From a bacterium (GTDB taxonomy: Bacteria > Krumholzibacteriota > Krumholzibacteriia > JACNKJ01): a stretch of DNA of 64,000 bases. The notes beneath the pieces were generated by a model, which saw only the letters and a list, made by a program, of their open reading frames with translations, made no database searches and was not told the origin of the DNA. The DNA is taken from assembly GCA_024231955.1 (NCBI GenBank), contig JAAEPZ010000591.1:98453-162452 (forward strand), written 5' to 3'. This document shows, piece by piece, positions 1-10,571 of this stretch. How positions within the stretch are numbered: position 1 is the stretch's first letter; each line of letters begins with the position of its first letter. A program made the position numbers and the translations under genes.

Positions 1-14
1 TATGGTGCAGGGAT

Positions 15-389
15 TCAGGTCGTAATTCCCAGCTCATCCTGTACGGCTGCGATCAGTTGTTGTCTGTCCACCGGCTTCTTGAACGACCGACAGGCGCCAA
101 TCCGCTCGGCGACGGTCAGAAAACTGCCGGGCGAGTTGCGGATGCCCCCCGAGATCGCGATGATCTTCACCGAGGGATGCTTGTACTGGATATCGCAGAT
201 CGTTTCGATGCCATCCTTGTGGGGCATTATCAGATCCATAATAATCAGATCCACAGGGGCCTGATCGAAGAGCTTAATTGCGATTTCGCCATCGGGGGCC
301 TCCTCGACATCGAACCCCTCATCCTCGAATGTGATTCGCAGCATTTTGCGGATCATAATGTCATCGTCGACAATCATTATACGTGGCAT
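15..389 (-). CDS. Single-domain response regulator (CheY-like receiver)
   Basis: IMIVDDD, DLIIMDLIMP (phospho-Asp), IAISG, KKP motifs; 3 nt downstream of the hybrid kinase. Confidence 0.92.
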   Translation of the reverse strand: MPRIMIVDDDIMIRKMLRITFEDEGFDVEEAPDGEIAIKLFDQAPVDLIIMDLIMPHKDGIETICDIQYKHPSVKIIAISGGIRNSPGSFLTVAERIGACRSFKKPVDRQQLIAAVQDELGITT

Positions 390-392
390 GGA

Positions 393-3086
393 TTAACCTC
401 CCTTGCCGATGATCTGTGCTGTTTCGGATCTGGTGTCGAGTATGCGATAGATTGTCTCCTTCAGGCTCTGAATGCGGAAGGGCTTGACCAGATACTCGAT
501 CACACCGAGTTCCAGCGCCTGCTCCTTGGTGAGAATGTCACTGAACCCCGTACAGAGGATGATCGGCAGATCCGGCCTGAGCTTCAGTATCGCTTTGGTG
601 ATTTCACCCCCGGTGATCTCGGGCATGGTCTGGTCGGTGATGACCAGATCGAAAGTCTCCGGTTGCGCCGTGAAGGCCGTGAGGGCGTCTCGGCTGCTAG
701 TGAAGACCTCCACGGCGAAACCCATGTCCTGGAGAGCGAGCCGGGCGAAGTTGGCGATCTGCTGCTCATCATCGATGAAGAGAATTTTCCCGGGCGTCTC
801 TCCGCGTGATGAGATCACAGGCTTCCCGTCCCGGTCATCCTCAGCAAATTCCGGTTCCAGCTCCTCGCAGCGGGGGAGGTAGACCTTGAAGCAGGTTCCC
901 CGTTTGACGTCGCCATGCACGGTGATGGTCCCACCCAGGGATTCAACTATCCCATGCACCGTGGCCAGACCGAGGCCCGTCCCCTCGCCACCCTCTTTCG
1001 TGGTGAAGTAGGGGGTGAAGATCCTCTCCCTGTCGGCGAGATCGATGCCGATACCCGTATCGCTGACACTGAGGCAGAGATATTCCGGGACATTGACCAG
1101 GGGGATCGTGTCGGTATCCAGTTCGCTGCGTGCGATTTTCGACAAGCTGATCTCCAGAATACCGCCATCCTTGCTCATGGCCTGGGCTGCATTGGTGCAG
1201 AGATTCATGAGTATCTGGTGAATGTGAACTTCGGCAACATTGACCAGACCGCAATCTGGCTTGATCGCGGTGCGAATCGTGATTGTCGTCGGCAGACTGG
1301 CGCGCAGAAGCTTGAGCTCCCCCTCAATGATCGCATCGAGTGCCAGAGGGTGGGCGACCTCATCACCCTGGCGGCTGAAGGTGAGTATCTGATCGATCAG
1401 GTCCGCCGCCCGCCATTGAGCCTGCAGCGACTCCTGCAGGCAGGATGCGGCTCGGGAGTCGGGCGGCAGATCCTTAAGCGCAATTTCGGTGAAGCCTGTG
1501 GCGCTGAACAGAATATTGTTGAAATCGTGCGCAATCCCCCCGGCCAGAGTACCGATCGCCTCCATCTTCCGCCCCTGTTGGAGACGATACTCCAGTTGCT
1601 CTTTTTCCCGGACTATCGCCAGGTGCTCGGTGATGTCGTTGACGAGGGAGGTGACGCCGATCACTTCGTTATCCTCGTTGATCAGCGGGGTGCTGAACCA
1701 TTCGCAGTAGATGGTGCGTCCGTTGACGTCCAGGTGCTTCCCCCTCTCCTGAACACGCTCCCGCATCTGGACAGCTCGTCCCCAGGCATTGTAGATATGC
1801 TCTTTGTTGGCGGCGGTCATGATGAGGTCCCTGGCATGCTTTCCGATCGCATCTTCCGCTCCGTAACCGAATATTTTGCCTGCAGCCGGGTTCCAGCGTC
1901 TGGCCTTGAAATCCAGATCCCATTGGATGACGCCCATGGGCGTCTGATTGGTGTGCAGATTCAGGCGCCGCTCGGAATCGCGCAGGGCCTCCTCGGCTTT
2001 TTTGAACTCCGTGATGTCCTGCGCCACCAGCGAAATGCCGTTGATGGCCGCTCCGATATGCAGAGAGGAGACGGCCAGGCTGACCGTTATCATCTCCCCG
2101 TCATGCTTACGCCACCGGGTTTCGAATTCGACTTGGCCGACCTGATTGACCTTGTTCAGGAAAATATCTATCGCTGCCTCCCCACCGGACGTATCGCTGC
2201 TTGTCGGGGTGAGACTTGCGAGCAGTTCCGCCTCGAGATGAAAGAGCAGGGGGGTGTGCTTGCCGACGACCTCCTTGCTGTCATACCCGAGAATCAACTC
2301 GGCTCCCTCATTGAAATGGGAGATTATCCCCGATTCATCGGTGGCGATGATGGCGACCTGTCTCGTGGAGGAGAGGACGCTCCGAATATGATTCTGCGCC
2401 TTTATCATATTCGCCTGGCGCTGCCTGGTCTCCCGGTCGATCAGACACCTGCGTCGATGGGAGGCCAGCGAAAGCAGCAGGATAATCGCGCAACTCAGCG
2501 CGAGGGCCAAAACCACCCGCTTGTGAGCGAAGATCGTATTTTGAACCAGGCTGTCGTTGAAACGTCCCGCGCCCACATGCCATTGCCACGGCGCGAACGA
2601 CTCAACGAAGGCCATCTCCCCGATGTCGTTATTCGAGTCGTTGAGAGCCGGCAACGCCAGCTCCAGAGGTTTATTGGTCTGCGTCAAATCACCGCTTCGC
2701 ATGAACTCGTTGAGCAGCTTGCCCTGCAGGTCCGGTCGAGCAGTGTGCAGGAGGATGCGAGACTCATGATCGACGACCCAGATGTGACTGTGCTCTCCGG
2801 ATGATGTCCGGAGATTCCGGACCAGAGCGAAGGCCTGCTCCTTGGCTTCGGCGATTGACAGTGTCTCGCTGGCCTCAATTGCGGAGATGATCATAGTCGC
2901 GGCGTGAGCCCGTTCCCGTATCCGTTCAGTGCGCCATTCCCGCCACTCCCGCTCCATGGCGGGTCCCAGAATCAGCAGGCCAGTTAGGATGAACAGGAGT
3001 GCGGTGGTGAGCGATGGATAGGCGACCAGCAGCGTCACCTTCCGTCGTGATTCGATCCTCTCATGTCCTGTAGAGTGGGGGCGCAT
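393..3086 (-). CDS. Hybrid sensor histidine kinase (Cache-like, 2 PAS, HisKA, HATPase, receiver)
   Basis: Two TM segments; PAS repeats; H-box GIAHDFNN; NLCTNA, DTGIG, GTGLGL boxes; C-terminal receiver ILFIDDE...DQTMP...KP. Confidence 0.92.
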   Translation of the reverse strand: MRPHSTGHERIESRRKVTLLVAYPSLTTALLFILTGLLILGPAMEREWREWRTERIRERAHAATMIISAIEASETLSIAEAKEQAFALVRNLRTSSGEHSHIWVVDHESRILLHTARPDLQGKLLNEFMRSGDLTQTNKPLELALPALNDSNNDIGEMAFVESFAPWQWHVGAGRFNDSLVQNTIFAHKRVVLALALSCAIILLLSLASHRRRCLIDRETRQRQANMIKAQNHIRSVLSSTRQVAIIATDESGIISHFNEGAELILGYDSKEVVGKHTPLLFHLEAELLASLTPTSSDTSGGEAAIDIFLNKVNQVGQVEFETRWRKHDGEMITVSLAVSSLHIGAAINGISLVAQDITEFKKAEEALRDSERRLNLHTNQTPMGVIQWDLDFKARRWNPAAGKIFGYGAEDAIGKHARDLIMTAANKEHIYNAWGRAVQMRERVQERGKHLDVNGRTIYCEWFSTPLINEDNEVIGVTSLVNDITEHLAIVREKEQLEYRLQQGRKMEAIGTLAGGIAHDFNNILFSATGFTEIALKDLPPDSRAASCLQESLQAQWRAADLIDQILTFSRQGDEVAHPLALDAIIEGELKLLRASLPTTITIRTAIKPDCGLVNVAEVHIHQILMNLCTNAAQAMSKDGGILEISLSKIARSELDTDTIPLVNVPEYLCLSVSDTGIGIDLADRERIFTPYFTTKEGGEGTGLGLATVHGIVESLGGTITVHGDVKRGTCFKVYLPRCEELEPEFAEDDRDGKPVISSRGETPGKILFIDDEQQIANFARLALQDMGFAVEVFTSSRDALTAFTAQPETFDLVITDQTMPEITGGEITKAILKLRPDLPIILCTGFSDILTKEQALELGVIEYLVKPFRIQSLKETIYRILDTRSETAQIIGKGG

Positions 3087-3416
3087 GACGTCGATCCCGG
3101 ACAGCCTTGCCGATGCGGAACCCGAGAGCTGTTCCCGCAGCCCCGTATCGGCTTTATGCCGGGATTCAGAGCAGGAAATGCACCAGCGGATAAACGGTAT
3201 GTGAACCTGTCCGTAAATTGCCAGGCCGTGCGATCGATCTCAATTCCGTCAGGGATGTGAAATGTCGAATTGACCATCCTGAGCTCGGGACGGATTTTGC
3301 GGCTTGCCGGGGTGAGAAAGAAATCACATGCTGACGATCTTGTTCTTGGTGTTTGGGTTGAGATACCGTTACTATCTCGACAGTGAGATACCCTCTCTCC
3401 CTTCAAGGAGTTAAAT

Positions 3417-4808
3417 ATGACCGATAATGCAAAGAAAATTGCCGATCAGGGACGTGTCACTAGACGCAACTTTCTGCTCGCCGGCGGAGCTGCCGTGGCG
3501 GGAAGTGCACTGGCGATGTCATGCGGCAAACAGGATGGATCCCTGAATCTCGAATCAGCCGCCGAGGGCAATGTCCGCCGTCTGCGCATTCTGGGGCGTA
3601 CCGGATTCAAGGTCTCGGATATCAGCATGGGCTGCGGCAGCATCAGCGACGCCAATGTCGTCCGCTACGCCTATGACAAGGGGGTTAACTACTTCGACGT
3701 CGCCGAGTCCTACGGCAACGGTGATTCGGAGACCAAGATCGGTGAGGCGATGCAGTTCATGGATCGCAGCAAGATCTTCATTACGACCAAAGTGGTGGTT
3801 GGCGAAGAGGATACCGTCGACACTCTGGTTGATCGCTTCACCCAGTGTCTGTCGCGCATGCAAACGGACTATGCCGACTGCCTGTTCATGCACAGCATCA
3901 CCGATGTCAATATGGTCGAGAACGCGCCGTTCCACGCCGCTATTGAGCGGTTGAAGGGCGATGGACGTGTCCGTTTCGCCGGGATCTCGTCGCATGGGCC
4001 CAGAGGGGCTGAAGGCGACAGCATGGACAGCGTGTTGTGCAAGGCCGCGGAGGATGGCCGTTTCGATGTCATGCTGCTGACCTACAACTTCATGAATACT
4101 GAAGAGGGCGACCGTGTCCTGGCCGCCTGTAAGAAGAATAAAGTCGGAACCACCGCGATGAAGGTGTGCCCCGGCTATCTCGAGGTGGAGCGTTGGGATC
4201 CCGATAACCGGACCACGGATTATCAGGATTACATCGACAGAATGAGCGAGCGCGGCGTAGCGGAGGAGGAATCGATTACACGGATCGTCAACTGGATTGC
4301 CCGGATGGATTCGGTTTCCGGGACCATGAAGCCGTTCACGGACAAACACGGTCTGACGACTCAGGACCAGCTCCAGAAGGCCAGCACCCAGTGGGTCCTG
4401 AGGAACCCGGACATGCACACGGTCTGTGTCTCCATGCCCGATTTCGATAGCCTGGATAACATGGTCCCCCTTTCCGGCACGGAGCTGTCGGCGGCGGGCT
4501 CCGAATTCCTGGATGAATTCCGCTACGCCAACAATCACCGCTACTGTCGCCATGCCTGCACTGCCTGCGCCGGCAGTTGTCCGGAAGCGTTGCCGGTCAG
4601 CACCATCATGCGTTACTCCTACTATTTCCAGCGGCAGGGTCGTGAGAAGCATGCGATGCTGAAATATGCTGCCCTGGGCGGCAAAGGGGCCGAAGCCTGC
4701 AGCGCCTGCAAAGCACCATGCAGCGGCGCTTGCCCGCACGGCGTGAATATCCAGAGCAATCTTGTGCGTGCCCATTCGCTGATGTCTTTGCCTGAGGCGG
4801 TAGGTTAG
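3417..4808 (+). CDS. Aldo/keto reductase with Tat/lipoprotein signal and C-terminal Fe-S domain
   Basis: TRRNFLL twin-arginine and AMSC lipobox-like motif; LGRTG, FDVAESYG, ITTK, FMHS AKR motifs; C-terminal CRHACTAC..CP and CSAC..PC..ACP; AAGGAG RBS. Confidence 0.85.
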   Translation: MTDNAKKIADQGRVTRRNFLLAGGAAVAGSALAMSCGKQDGSLNLESAAEGNVRRLRILGRTGFKVSDISMGCGSISDANVVRYAYDKGVNYFDVAESYGNGDSETKIGEAMQFMDRSKIFITTKVVVGEEDTVDTLVDRFTQCLSRMQTDYADCLFMHSITDVNMVENAPFHAAIERLKGDGRVRFAGISSHGPRGAEGDSMDSVLCKAAEDGRFDVMLLTYNFMNTEEGDRVLAACKKNKVGTTAMKVCPGYLEVERWDPDNRTTDYQDYIDRMSERGVAEEESITRIVNWIARMDSVSGTMKPFTDKHGLTTQDQLQKASTQWVLRNPDMHTVCVSMPDFDSLDNMVPLSGTELSAAGSEFLDEFRYANNHRYCRHACTACAGSCPEALPVSTIMRYSYYFQRQGREKHAMLKYAALGGKGAEACSACKAPCSGACPHGVNIQSNLVRAHSLMSLPEAVG

Positions 4809-4811
4809 GAG

Positions 4812-5648
4812 ATGACCATTAAAAGAGTTCTGCCGATTGTGATGATCCTGCTGACCTTCGCCGCGCAAGTCGCGGCGGAGGTTTTTCCCGTACCCGCGGG
4901 TTGGCGTGTTGATGGTGAGGTCCTCGAGTTTGACGGCGAGAATCTCTGGCGGCATATCAACGGGGGAGCCGATCAGTTCATCGCCTGCGGTTTTCGGCTG
5001 TTGACCACAGCCGAACTGGTGCAGGGGGACCTGATCGTGTCCGTCAACGTCAATGACATGGCGACGCCGCTGAACGCCTATGGCATCTATCACCTGCAGC
5101 GATCTGACGGCATGGTGCCGCTATCCGCCGGAGCGGCCTCCGCGGCGACACCACCCTACCAGTGGTTATTGCTCAAGGATCGGTTCTTTGTCGTTGTCGA
5201 ACCCTTCGAGGGGGATATGACCGGGGAAAAAGGGGAGCAGCTGCTCAACGCAATTGCCGACGCATTGCCCGGTGACGATACACTGCCCGCCGAACTGGCG
5301 CTGCTCCCCGAGAGGGGGAAGGTTGCCGCCAGCGAGCGTTTCACCCGGGAGGCGTATCTTGGGCTGAGCGAACTGGGGCATTGCCTGTCCGCCGATTATC
5401 TGAGTGGTGATGACGGGTACCAGATCTTCACCATGATCCTCGGACAGACGGGTGACGGGACGAAGATACTGGCTGCCCTGCCTGAAAAGTGGCAGCGGCG
5501 GGAGATGGGCAAGCTGAAGGTGTGCCTCCGCACGATCCCCTATAAGGGGACTGTGGGACTGGCCTTATGGGACAATCGGATTGTCGGCGTGGCTGGCCGC
5601 CCTGATGCTGAGTCCACGCTTGAGGTGCTGACCCGGGTCTGTCGCTAG
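4812..5648 (+). CDS. Secreted hypothetical protein (DUF6599-like)
   Basis: Signal peptide; LWRHINGGA and NAYGIY motifs resemble this family; 3 nt after the AKR stop. Confidence 0.6.
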   Translation: MTIKRVLPIVMILLTFAAQVAAEVFPVPAGWRVDGEVLEFDGENLWRHINGGADQFIACGFRLLTTAELVQGDLIVSVNVNDMATPLNAYGIYHLQRSDGMVPLSAGAASAATPPYQWLLLKDRFFVVVEPFEGDMTGEKGEQLLNAIADALPGDDTLPAELALLPERGKVAASERFTREAYLGLSELGHCLSADYLSGDDGYQIFTMILGQTGDGTKILAALPEKWQRREMGKLKVCLRTIPYKGTVGLALWDNRIVGVAGRPDAESTLEVLTRVCR

Positions 5649-5678
5649 TCCGCACTGGTCCGGAGGAATGATAGCTAC

Positions 5679-5705
5679 GGCGTCGTGAAAACGGCGCCTT
5701 TTTTT
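5679..5705 (+). terminator. Rho-independent terminator
   Basis: GGCGTCGT-GAAA-ACGGCGCC stem followed by T7. Confidence 0.85.
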
Positions 5706-5837
5706 GTGGAGCCGTAAAATATCAGCCGAAATATGTCAATGTGGCAATGATTTGCTTAACCATTTCGCAATAATCAGCTATGATCTTCCGGATTCATTCA
5801 TCGGATTTTCAGGTCCTGTACTCTTGGGGGGCAGTGG

Positions 5838-8800
5838 GTGTCATTCGGCAATATCCGTAAATCAATCATCCTGATCCTGCTCAGCGGCTTTTTCTGTCTG
5901 TTCGTTGCTACGGTCGTCAGCCTCCATTTTCTGCATGAACAGCTGATCGCCGATGCGACCAAAACCAGGTTTGAGGCGGCCGCGAGGGTCTTCTCACATG
6001 CCGACAACCAGATCAAGAATCAGCTCCAAAGACGGGCGAGCAATCTGATGGAGCTGGAGCAGCGCTTCCGCCGAGTAACCTCGTCCAGCTTTTCCGAGCA
6101 TGTCGATATGGGTCGCAAGCTGAATGCAAGCGGAGGGGATCCGGGGCGTCCGCGGCGGCGGTATCTGGAGCATATCATCCTGACCGATGCCGCCGGTGAT
6201 ACGATCATGCAGCGGGGAGGCGGATCGCCGACAACTACTTGCGCGTATCGCGAGGAGGCGAGAAGCAAAAACGAGGCGTGCTTCCACTTTCGTTGCGGTA
6301 CCGATGGCGCACTGGAGTTGTGGTATGAAGTTCCCCGTTATCACGACGGGGAGCCGGATGGTCTGCTTCAGGTGGGGAGGGATGTCTCCCCGCTTTTCCG
6401 AAGATTTCAGGAGTTGTCCGATACCGATTTTGTCCTCCTGCTCAATCCCGAACTCACCCTGGCCGGTCGCACCTCCAGCCTCTCGGGAGTTAGGGGCTCT
6501 CCTGACATGATTCAGGGCAAGCTGGTTGCCTACTCCTCACTGACGACGTGGCCTCAGGCACTGATAGAGCAACTGACGGCATCCGATCTCATTCCGGAAT
6601 TGAATATCTTCACCACTCTGTTCACCCAACACCGATTCCAGATGTACAAACTCGCCTTCGGTCTGTCCGGCGGGCGGGATGTCGGCAGCATGTACCTGCT
6701 CTGCGATATCGGCACCGAGCTGGTCGCATTCCGGGCGTATGCCTCATCAATGCTCCTGGCCTCTTTGCTCATCAGCGGATTGCTGATCTGCGTTACGTGG
6801 ATATTTGTCGGACGCTTGCAGCAAGGGTTGCAGGTGTCGGAGCGCCGCCGCCTCAGGGAGAGTACCCTGCGCAGCGTTGAGCAGGGTAACCATCTTGAGG
6901 GGATCCGGCAGCACCGGGATTACCTGCAGGATGTCATCGATGGCCTGCCCTATCCAACCGTGGTCGTCGACGGTCAATGTCGTATTCAACTCACCAACCA
7001 ACAGCAGGAGACCAGTGTTTTAGCGGAATACCGGCCAACCTCCGCATGCTGTTACGGGGTGAGACTCCTGCAGGGGGAGGAGTGTGGTTGCAAGGGGGGT
7101 GTCTGTCCGATTCCCGGGATGATCGAATCCAGACAATCCATCAGCACGAGCGGGATCCTTGAGAGAGCGGACGGGGATGTCATGAGGTATGAGATCGATT
7201 TCACGCCGCTTGAGTCCGTTTCCGGTGAGAGCGGAAACGTCATCATCACTTTCCGCGACGTCACCCAGCGCTTCACCGACGAAAAGGCCTTGATCGAGAG
7301 CGAGACACGCTACCGCAGCCTGGTGGAACTGGCACCCAACAGCATCGTCATCCTGGTCGGCGGCATTATCACTTATACGAATCCTACGGCGCTGCGTCTG
7401 CTGGATGCCGACAACGAATCCAGGCTGATCGGACGTGAATTGTTGAGTTTCATCAGCCCGGAATTCCGCTTCAACACGATGGAGCGGCTGGCAATGGATC
7501 CGACCTCCGGCGATTCCGCCGAGATGATCCGCAGTCGGATCCACACCATCGCCGGTACATATGTCGATGTGGAGATTGGGGTGAGTCAAATCATCTACCG
7601 CGGGGAGGCTGCGCGCCAGGTGATCTTCAATGATATCTCCCGGCAGATCCATTTCGAAAACGACCTGCGGGTTGCGAAGAGGAACGCCGATATCGCCAAT
7701 CAGGCCAAGAGTGAATTCCTGGCGACCATGAGCCACGAGATCCGTACGCCGATGAACGGCATTGTGGGCATGGCCAGCCTGCTCAAGGAGACCGAACTCG
7801 ATCTCGAACAACGCGAATTTGTCGAGATGCTGGGCAAATCCGCCGACTCACTACTCTTGCTTCTCAATGACATACTGGATTTTTCCAAGGTGGAAGCCGG
7901 AAAGCTGGTGCTGGAGGAGAGGGAATTCAACCTGCACCAACTCTGCCTCGACAGCTGCAAACTCATGAGTGTTCGCGCAATCGAAAAGGAGCTCAAGCTC
8001 AAGTGCCTGGTCGACACCGATTGCCCGATCAACGTAATCGGTGATGCGGGCCGCATCCGTCAGGTGATTGGCAATCTCCTCAACAACGCGATCAAATTCA
8101 CAAGTACCGGCATGATCTCCTTCGCGTTAAGTCATGGTCGGGACGCCAATGATCGTGACCTCTTCCGATTCAAAGTCAGGGACACCGGTATCGGCATCCC
8201 CTCAAGCAAGCTCACACAGATCTTCGATGAGTTCAGCCAGGTTGACAACACCACGACTCGCCGATTCGGGGGGACGGGGCTGGGGTTGGCGATCTCCAAA
8301 AAACTGGTGGGGATGATGGGGGGGGAATTACAGGTCTCAAGTCAAGAGGGGATCGGTTCCACATTCAGCTTCGAGTTGCCGCTGGAGGTGTGTGCCGGCA
8401 GATTGGTATCCGAGGCTGCACCGGACCTGATGCAAGTCGATCCCGCAAGGGGAGCCGATGCTGGGATTGCCGGTGATCGTCTCGTAGGTCTCCGCGTCCT
8501 GGTAGCTGAGGACAACCCGATCAACAGCAGGATAGTCGAACAGATGCTGTTCAGGATGGGCTGCGAGACGACCATGGTCACCGATGGCCATATGGTGCTG
8601 GAGCAACTTGCCGAAAATCGATTCGATTTGATCCTCATGGACTGCCGCATGCCCGGGCTTGATGGCTACGAAACCACCAGTCGGATCAGGGAGCTGGAGG
8701 GGGCTCAGGCGACCATTCCGATCATTGCCGTAACCGCCAATGCAATGATGGACGACCGTCAGAATTGTCTCGATATCGGGATGGATGATTACCTCAGCAA

Positions 8801-8897
8801 GCCTCTCAAGATTGATGATCTACTCGCCGCGATCGAGAGAAACGGGCTGATCGACACCCCTGTACGGGAAAAACTACGGGATGGCGCAAGTGCTTAG
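5838..8897 (+). CDS. Hybrid sensor histidine kinase (BarA/ArcB-like; PAS, HisKA, HATPase, receiver)
   Basis: Two TM segments; H-box [36 protein letters not shown]; receiver VLVAEDN...MDCRMP...SKP. Confidence 0.92.
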   Translation: MSFGNIRKSIILILLSGFFCLFVATVVSLHFLHEQLIADATKTRFEAAARVFSHADNQIKNQLQRRASNLMELEQRFRRVTSSSFSEHVDMGRKLNASGGDPGRPRRRYLEHIILTDAAGDTIMQRGGGSPTTTCAYREEARSKNEACFHFRCGTDGALELWYEVPRYHDGEPDGLLQVGRDVSPLFRRFQELSDTDFVLLLNPELTLAGRTSSLSGVRGSPDMIQGKLVAYSSLTTWPQALIEQLTASDLIPELNIFTTLFTQHRFQMYKLAFGLSGGRDVGSMYLLCDIGTELVAFRAYASSMLLASLLISGLLICVTWIFVGRLQQGLQVSERRRLRESTLRSVEQGNHLEGIRQHRDYLQDVIDGLPYPTVVVDGQCRIQLTNQQQETSVLAEYRPTSACCYGVRLLQGEECGCKGGVCPIPGMIESRQSISTSGILERADGDVMRYEIDFTPLESVSGESGNVIITFRDVTQRFTDEKALIESETRYRSLVELAPNSIVILVGGIITYTNPTALRLLDADNESRLIGRELLSFISPEFRFNTMERLAMDPTSGDSAEMIRSRIHTIAGTYVDVEIGVSQIIYRGEAARQVIFNDISRQIHFENDLRVAKRNADIANQAKSEFLATMSHEIRTPMNGIVGMASLLKETELDLEQREFVEMLGKSADSLLLLLNDILDFSKVEAGKLVLEEREFNLHQLCLDSCKLMSVRAIEKELKLKCLVDTDCPINVIGDAGRIRQVIGNLLNNAIKFTSTGMISFALSHGRDANDRDLFRFKVRDTGIGIPSSKLTQIFDEFSQVDNTTTRRFGGTGLGLAISKKLVGMMGGELQVSSQEGIGSTFSFELPLEVCAGRLVSEAAPDLMQVDPARGADAGIAGDRLVGLRVLVAEDNPINSRIVEQMLFRMGCETTMVTDGHMVLEQLAENRFDLILMDCRMPGLDGYETTSRIRELEGAQATIPIIAVTANAMMDDRQNCLDIGMDDYLSKPLKIDDLLAAIERNGLIDTPVREKLRDGASA

Positions 8898-8937
8898 GCG
8901 GGAATTACAAATTCGTTCGGGATGTCGTGAAAAGTAG

Positions 8938-8965
8938 TTGATCTCCGGACCCCATTCCCTATGAT
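8938..8965 (+). promoter_or_regulatory. Possible sigma70 promoter of the kor-hdr operon
   Basis: TTGATC-N16-TATGAT about 160 nt upstream of the first gene. Confidence 0.35.
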
Positions 8966-9124
8966 GCAAATAATCCGTGGCAGGCTTCGCCTCCCGGATA
9001 CGTCATGCAGGCGATCTGATTCGAGGTCCACTCCAGTCGCTTGCTGACCCGCCTGACTGCGTTGAAGTAGCGTGGAAGCCGTTTCGGTTTCCACGCTCAT
9101 GGTTACCGGGGAGAGGGCGCATAC

Positions 9125-9424
9125 ATGAGATACTGGCGAGTTCCACTAGACGCCGAAAAAGTCAAGATTCCCCGGGGCGAAATCCACCTGATTATCAATC
9201 GTTGTAAAGGCTGCGAGTTTTGCGTGGAGTTCTGTCCGCGCGATGTACTCGTCATGTCCAAGGATTACAATGTGAAGGGCTACCACTATCCCGAAGTGGC
9301 TGTCCCCGATCAATGCGTCAACTGCGATCTGTGCCAGGTGATCTGCCCCGACTTTGCAATCTTCTGTCTCCCTCAGGACGCAGAGGCCAAATCGGATGAG
9401 GAGGTGAAAGATGGAGAAGGCTGA
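9125..9424 (+). CDS. korD: 2-oxoacid:ferredoxin oxidoreductase delta subunit (2x[4Fe-4S])
   Basis: CKGCEFCVEFCP and CVNCDLCQVICP; precedes the alpha subunit. Confidence 0.85.
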   Translation: MRYWRVPLDAEKVKIPRGEIHLIINRCKGCEFCVEFCPRDVLVMSKDYNVKGYHYPEVAVPDQCVNCDLCQVICPDFAIFCLPQDAEAKSDEEVKDGEG

Positions 9425-10571
9425 TTCAAAGCGAGTTCTCACAGGCAGTCATTACCTTGACGGCGATCACGCCTGTACCGAGGGCGCGTTGGCGGCGGGA
9501 TGCAATTTCATCGCCGGCTATCCTATCACTCCGTCAACCGAGGTGGTTGAACGATACTCCCGCCGGATCCCTGCGATCGGCGGCACGTTCATTCAGATGG
9601 AGGATGAGATCGCGTCCATCACCGCAGTCCTGGGCGCCGTCTGGGGTGGTGCCAAGGCGATGACGGTGACCTCCGGCCCCGGGTTCAGTTTGATGATGGA
9701 GAACATCGGTCTGGCCGCGATGCTGGAGACCCCCTGCGTGATCGTCAACGTCATGCGCGGTGGTCCCTCCACGGGGTTGCCGACAATGGTCGGACAGGCG
9801 GATGTCATGCAGGCGCGCTGGGGATCCCATGGCGATTACGAGATCATCGCCCTTGCGCCGCAATCTCCGCAGGAGGCCTTCACGCTGATGATCGATGCCT
9901 TCAATCTGGCCGAGCGTTATCGACTGCCGGTGATGGTGATGCTCGACGAGTGCATCGGCCACATGACCGAGAAGGTCGTGATCCCCGAGGCGTGTGAAAT
10001 CGAGATTCGTCCGCGACGCATCTCCACCAAGGAGAAGGGTGAGTATTTGCCGTATGAGATCGGCGCCGACATGGTGCCCGACATGGCCCATGCCGGTGAG
10101 GGGCACCGGTACCACATCACCGGCCTGACGCACGATGAGCGGGGATATCCCGCCATGGACGCCGAGGTGCACGACAAGCTCGTACGCAGGTTGTGCGACA
10201 AGGTCCGTGAGCAGGCCGACGACATCATCATGCTCGATGAGGATGGTATGGATGGTGCGGAGATAGTGCTGATCTCCTACGGCATCACCTCCCGTGTGGC
10301 CCGCGCTTCGATTGAGGCCACCCGCGCGGCCGGGATCAAGGTCGGCAGCTTGCGTTTGCAGACCCTTTGGCCGTTCCCCGAAAAACGGATCGGCGAGTTG
10401 GCCGGCAAGGTGAAGGCGTTTGTCGTCCCCGAGGTCAATTACGGCCAGATCAGCCTTGAGGTCGAGCGGTGTGCCGCAGGTCGGGCGCAAACGCTCCTGG
10501 TTCCGCATATGGGTGGGGGCGTACACGATCCCGCCGTCATTACCCGGGCGATTGAGGAGGCTGCAAAATGA
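9411..10571 (+). CDS. korA: 2-oxoacid:ferredoxin oxidoreductase alpha subunit
   Basis: AGYPITPSTE, QMEDEI, TSGPGFSLM, RGGPSTGLPT motifs. Confidence 0.93.
   Translation: MEKADSKRVLTGSHYLDGDHACTEGALAAGCNFIAGYPITPSTEVVERYSRRIPAIGGTFIQMEDEIASITAVLGAVWGGAKAMTVTSGPGFSLMMENIGLAAMLETPCVIVNVMRGGPSTGLPTMVGQADVMQARWGSHGDYEIIALAPQSPQEAFTLMIDAFNLAERYRLPVMVMLDECIGHMTEKVVIPEACEIEIRPRRISTKEKGEYLPYEIGADMVPDMAHAGEGHRYHITGLTHDERGYPAMDAEVHDKLVRRLCDKVREQADDIIMLDEDGMDGAEIVLISYGITSRVARASIEATRAAGIKVGSLRLQTLWPFPEKRIGELAGKVKAFVVPEVNYGQISLEVERCAAGRAQTLLVPHMGGGVHDPAVITRAIEEAAK

Noticed and set aside
915..2804. Long antisense ORFs (this one, 16638-19082, 31655-33448, 36717-38945, 51355-52902, 54517-56145 and others)
   Set aside because: Shadow frames opposite well-supported genes in GC-rich DNA, with no recognisable motifs.
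3087..3416. Structured RNA or c-di-GMP riboswitch in the divergent intergenic region
   Set aside because: Some short stems, but no consensus riboswitch motif could be matched.
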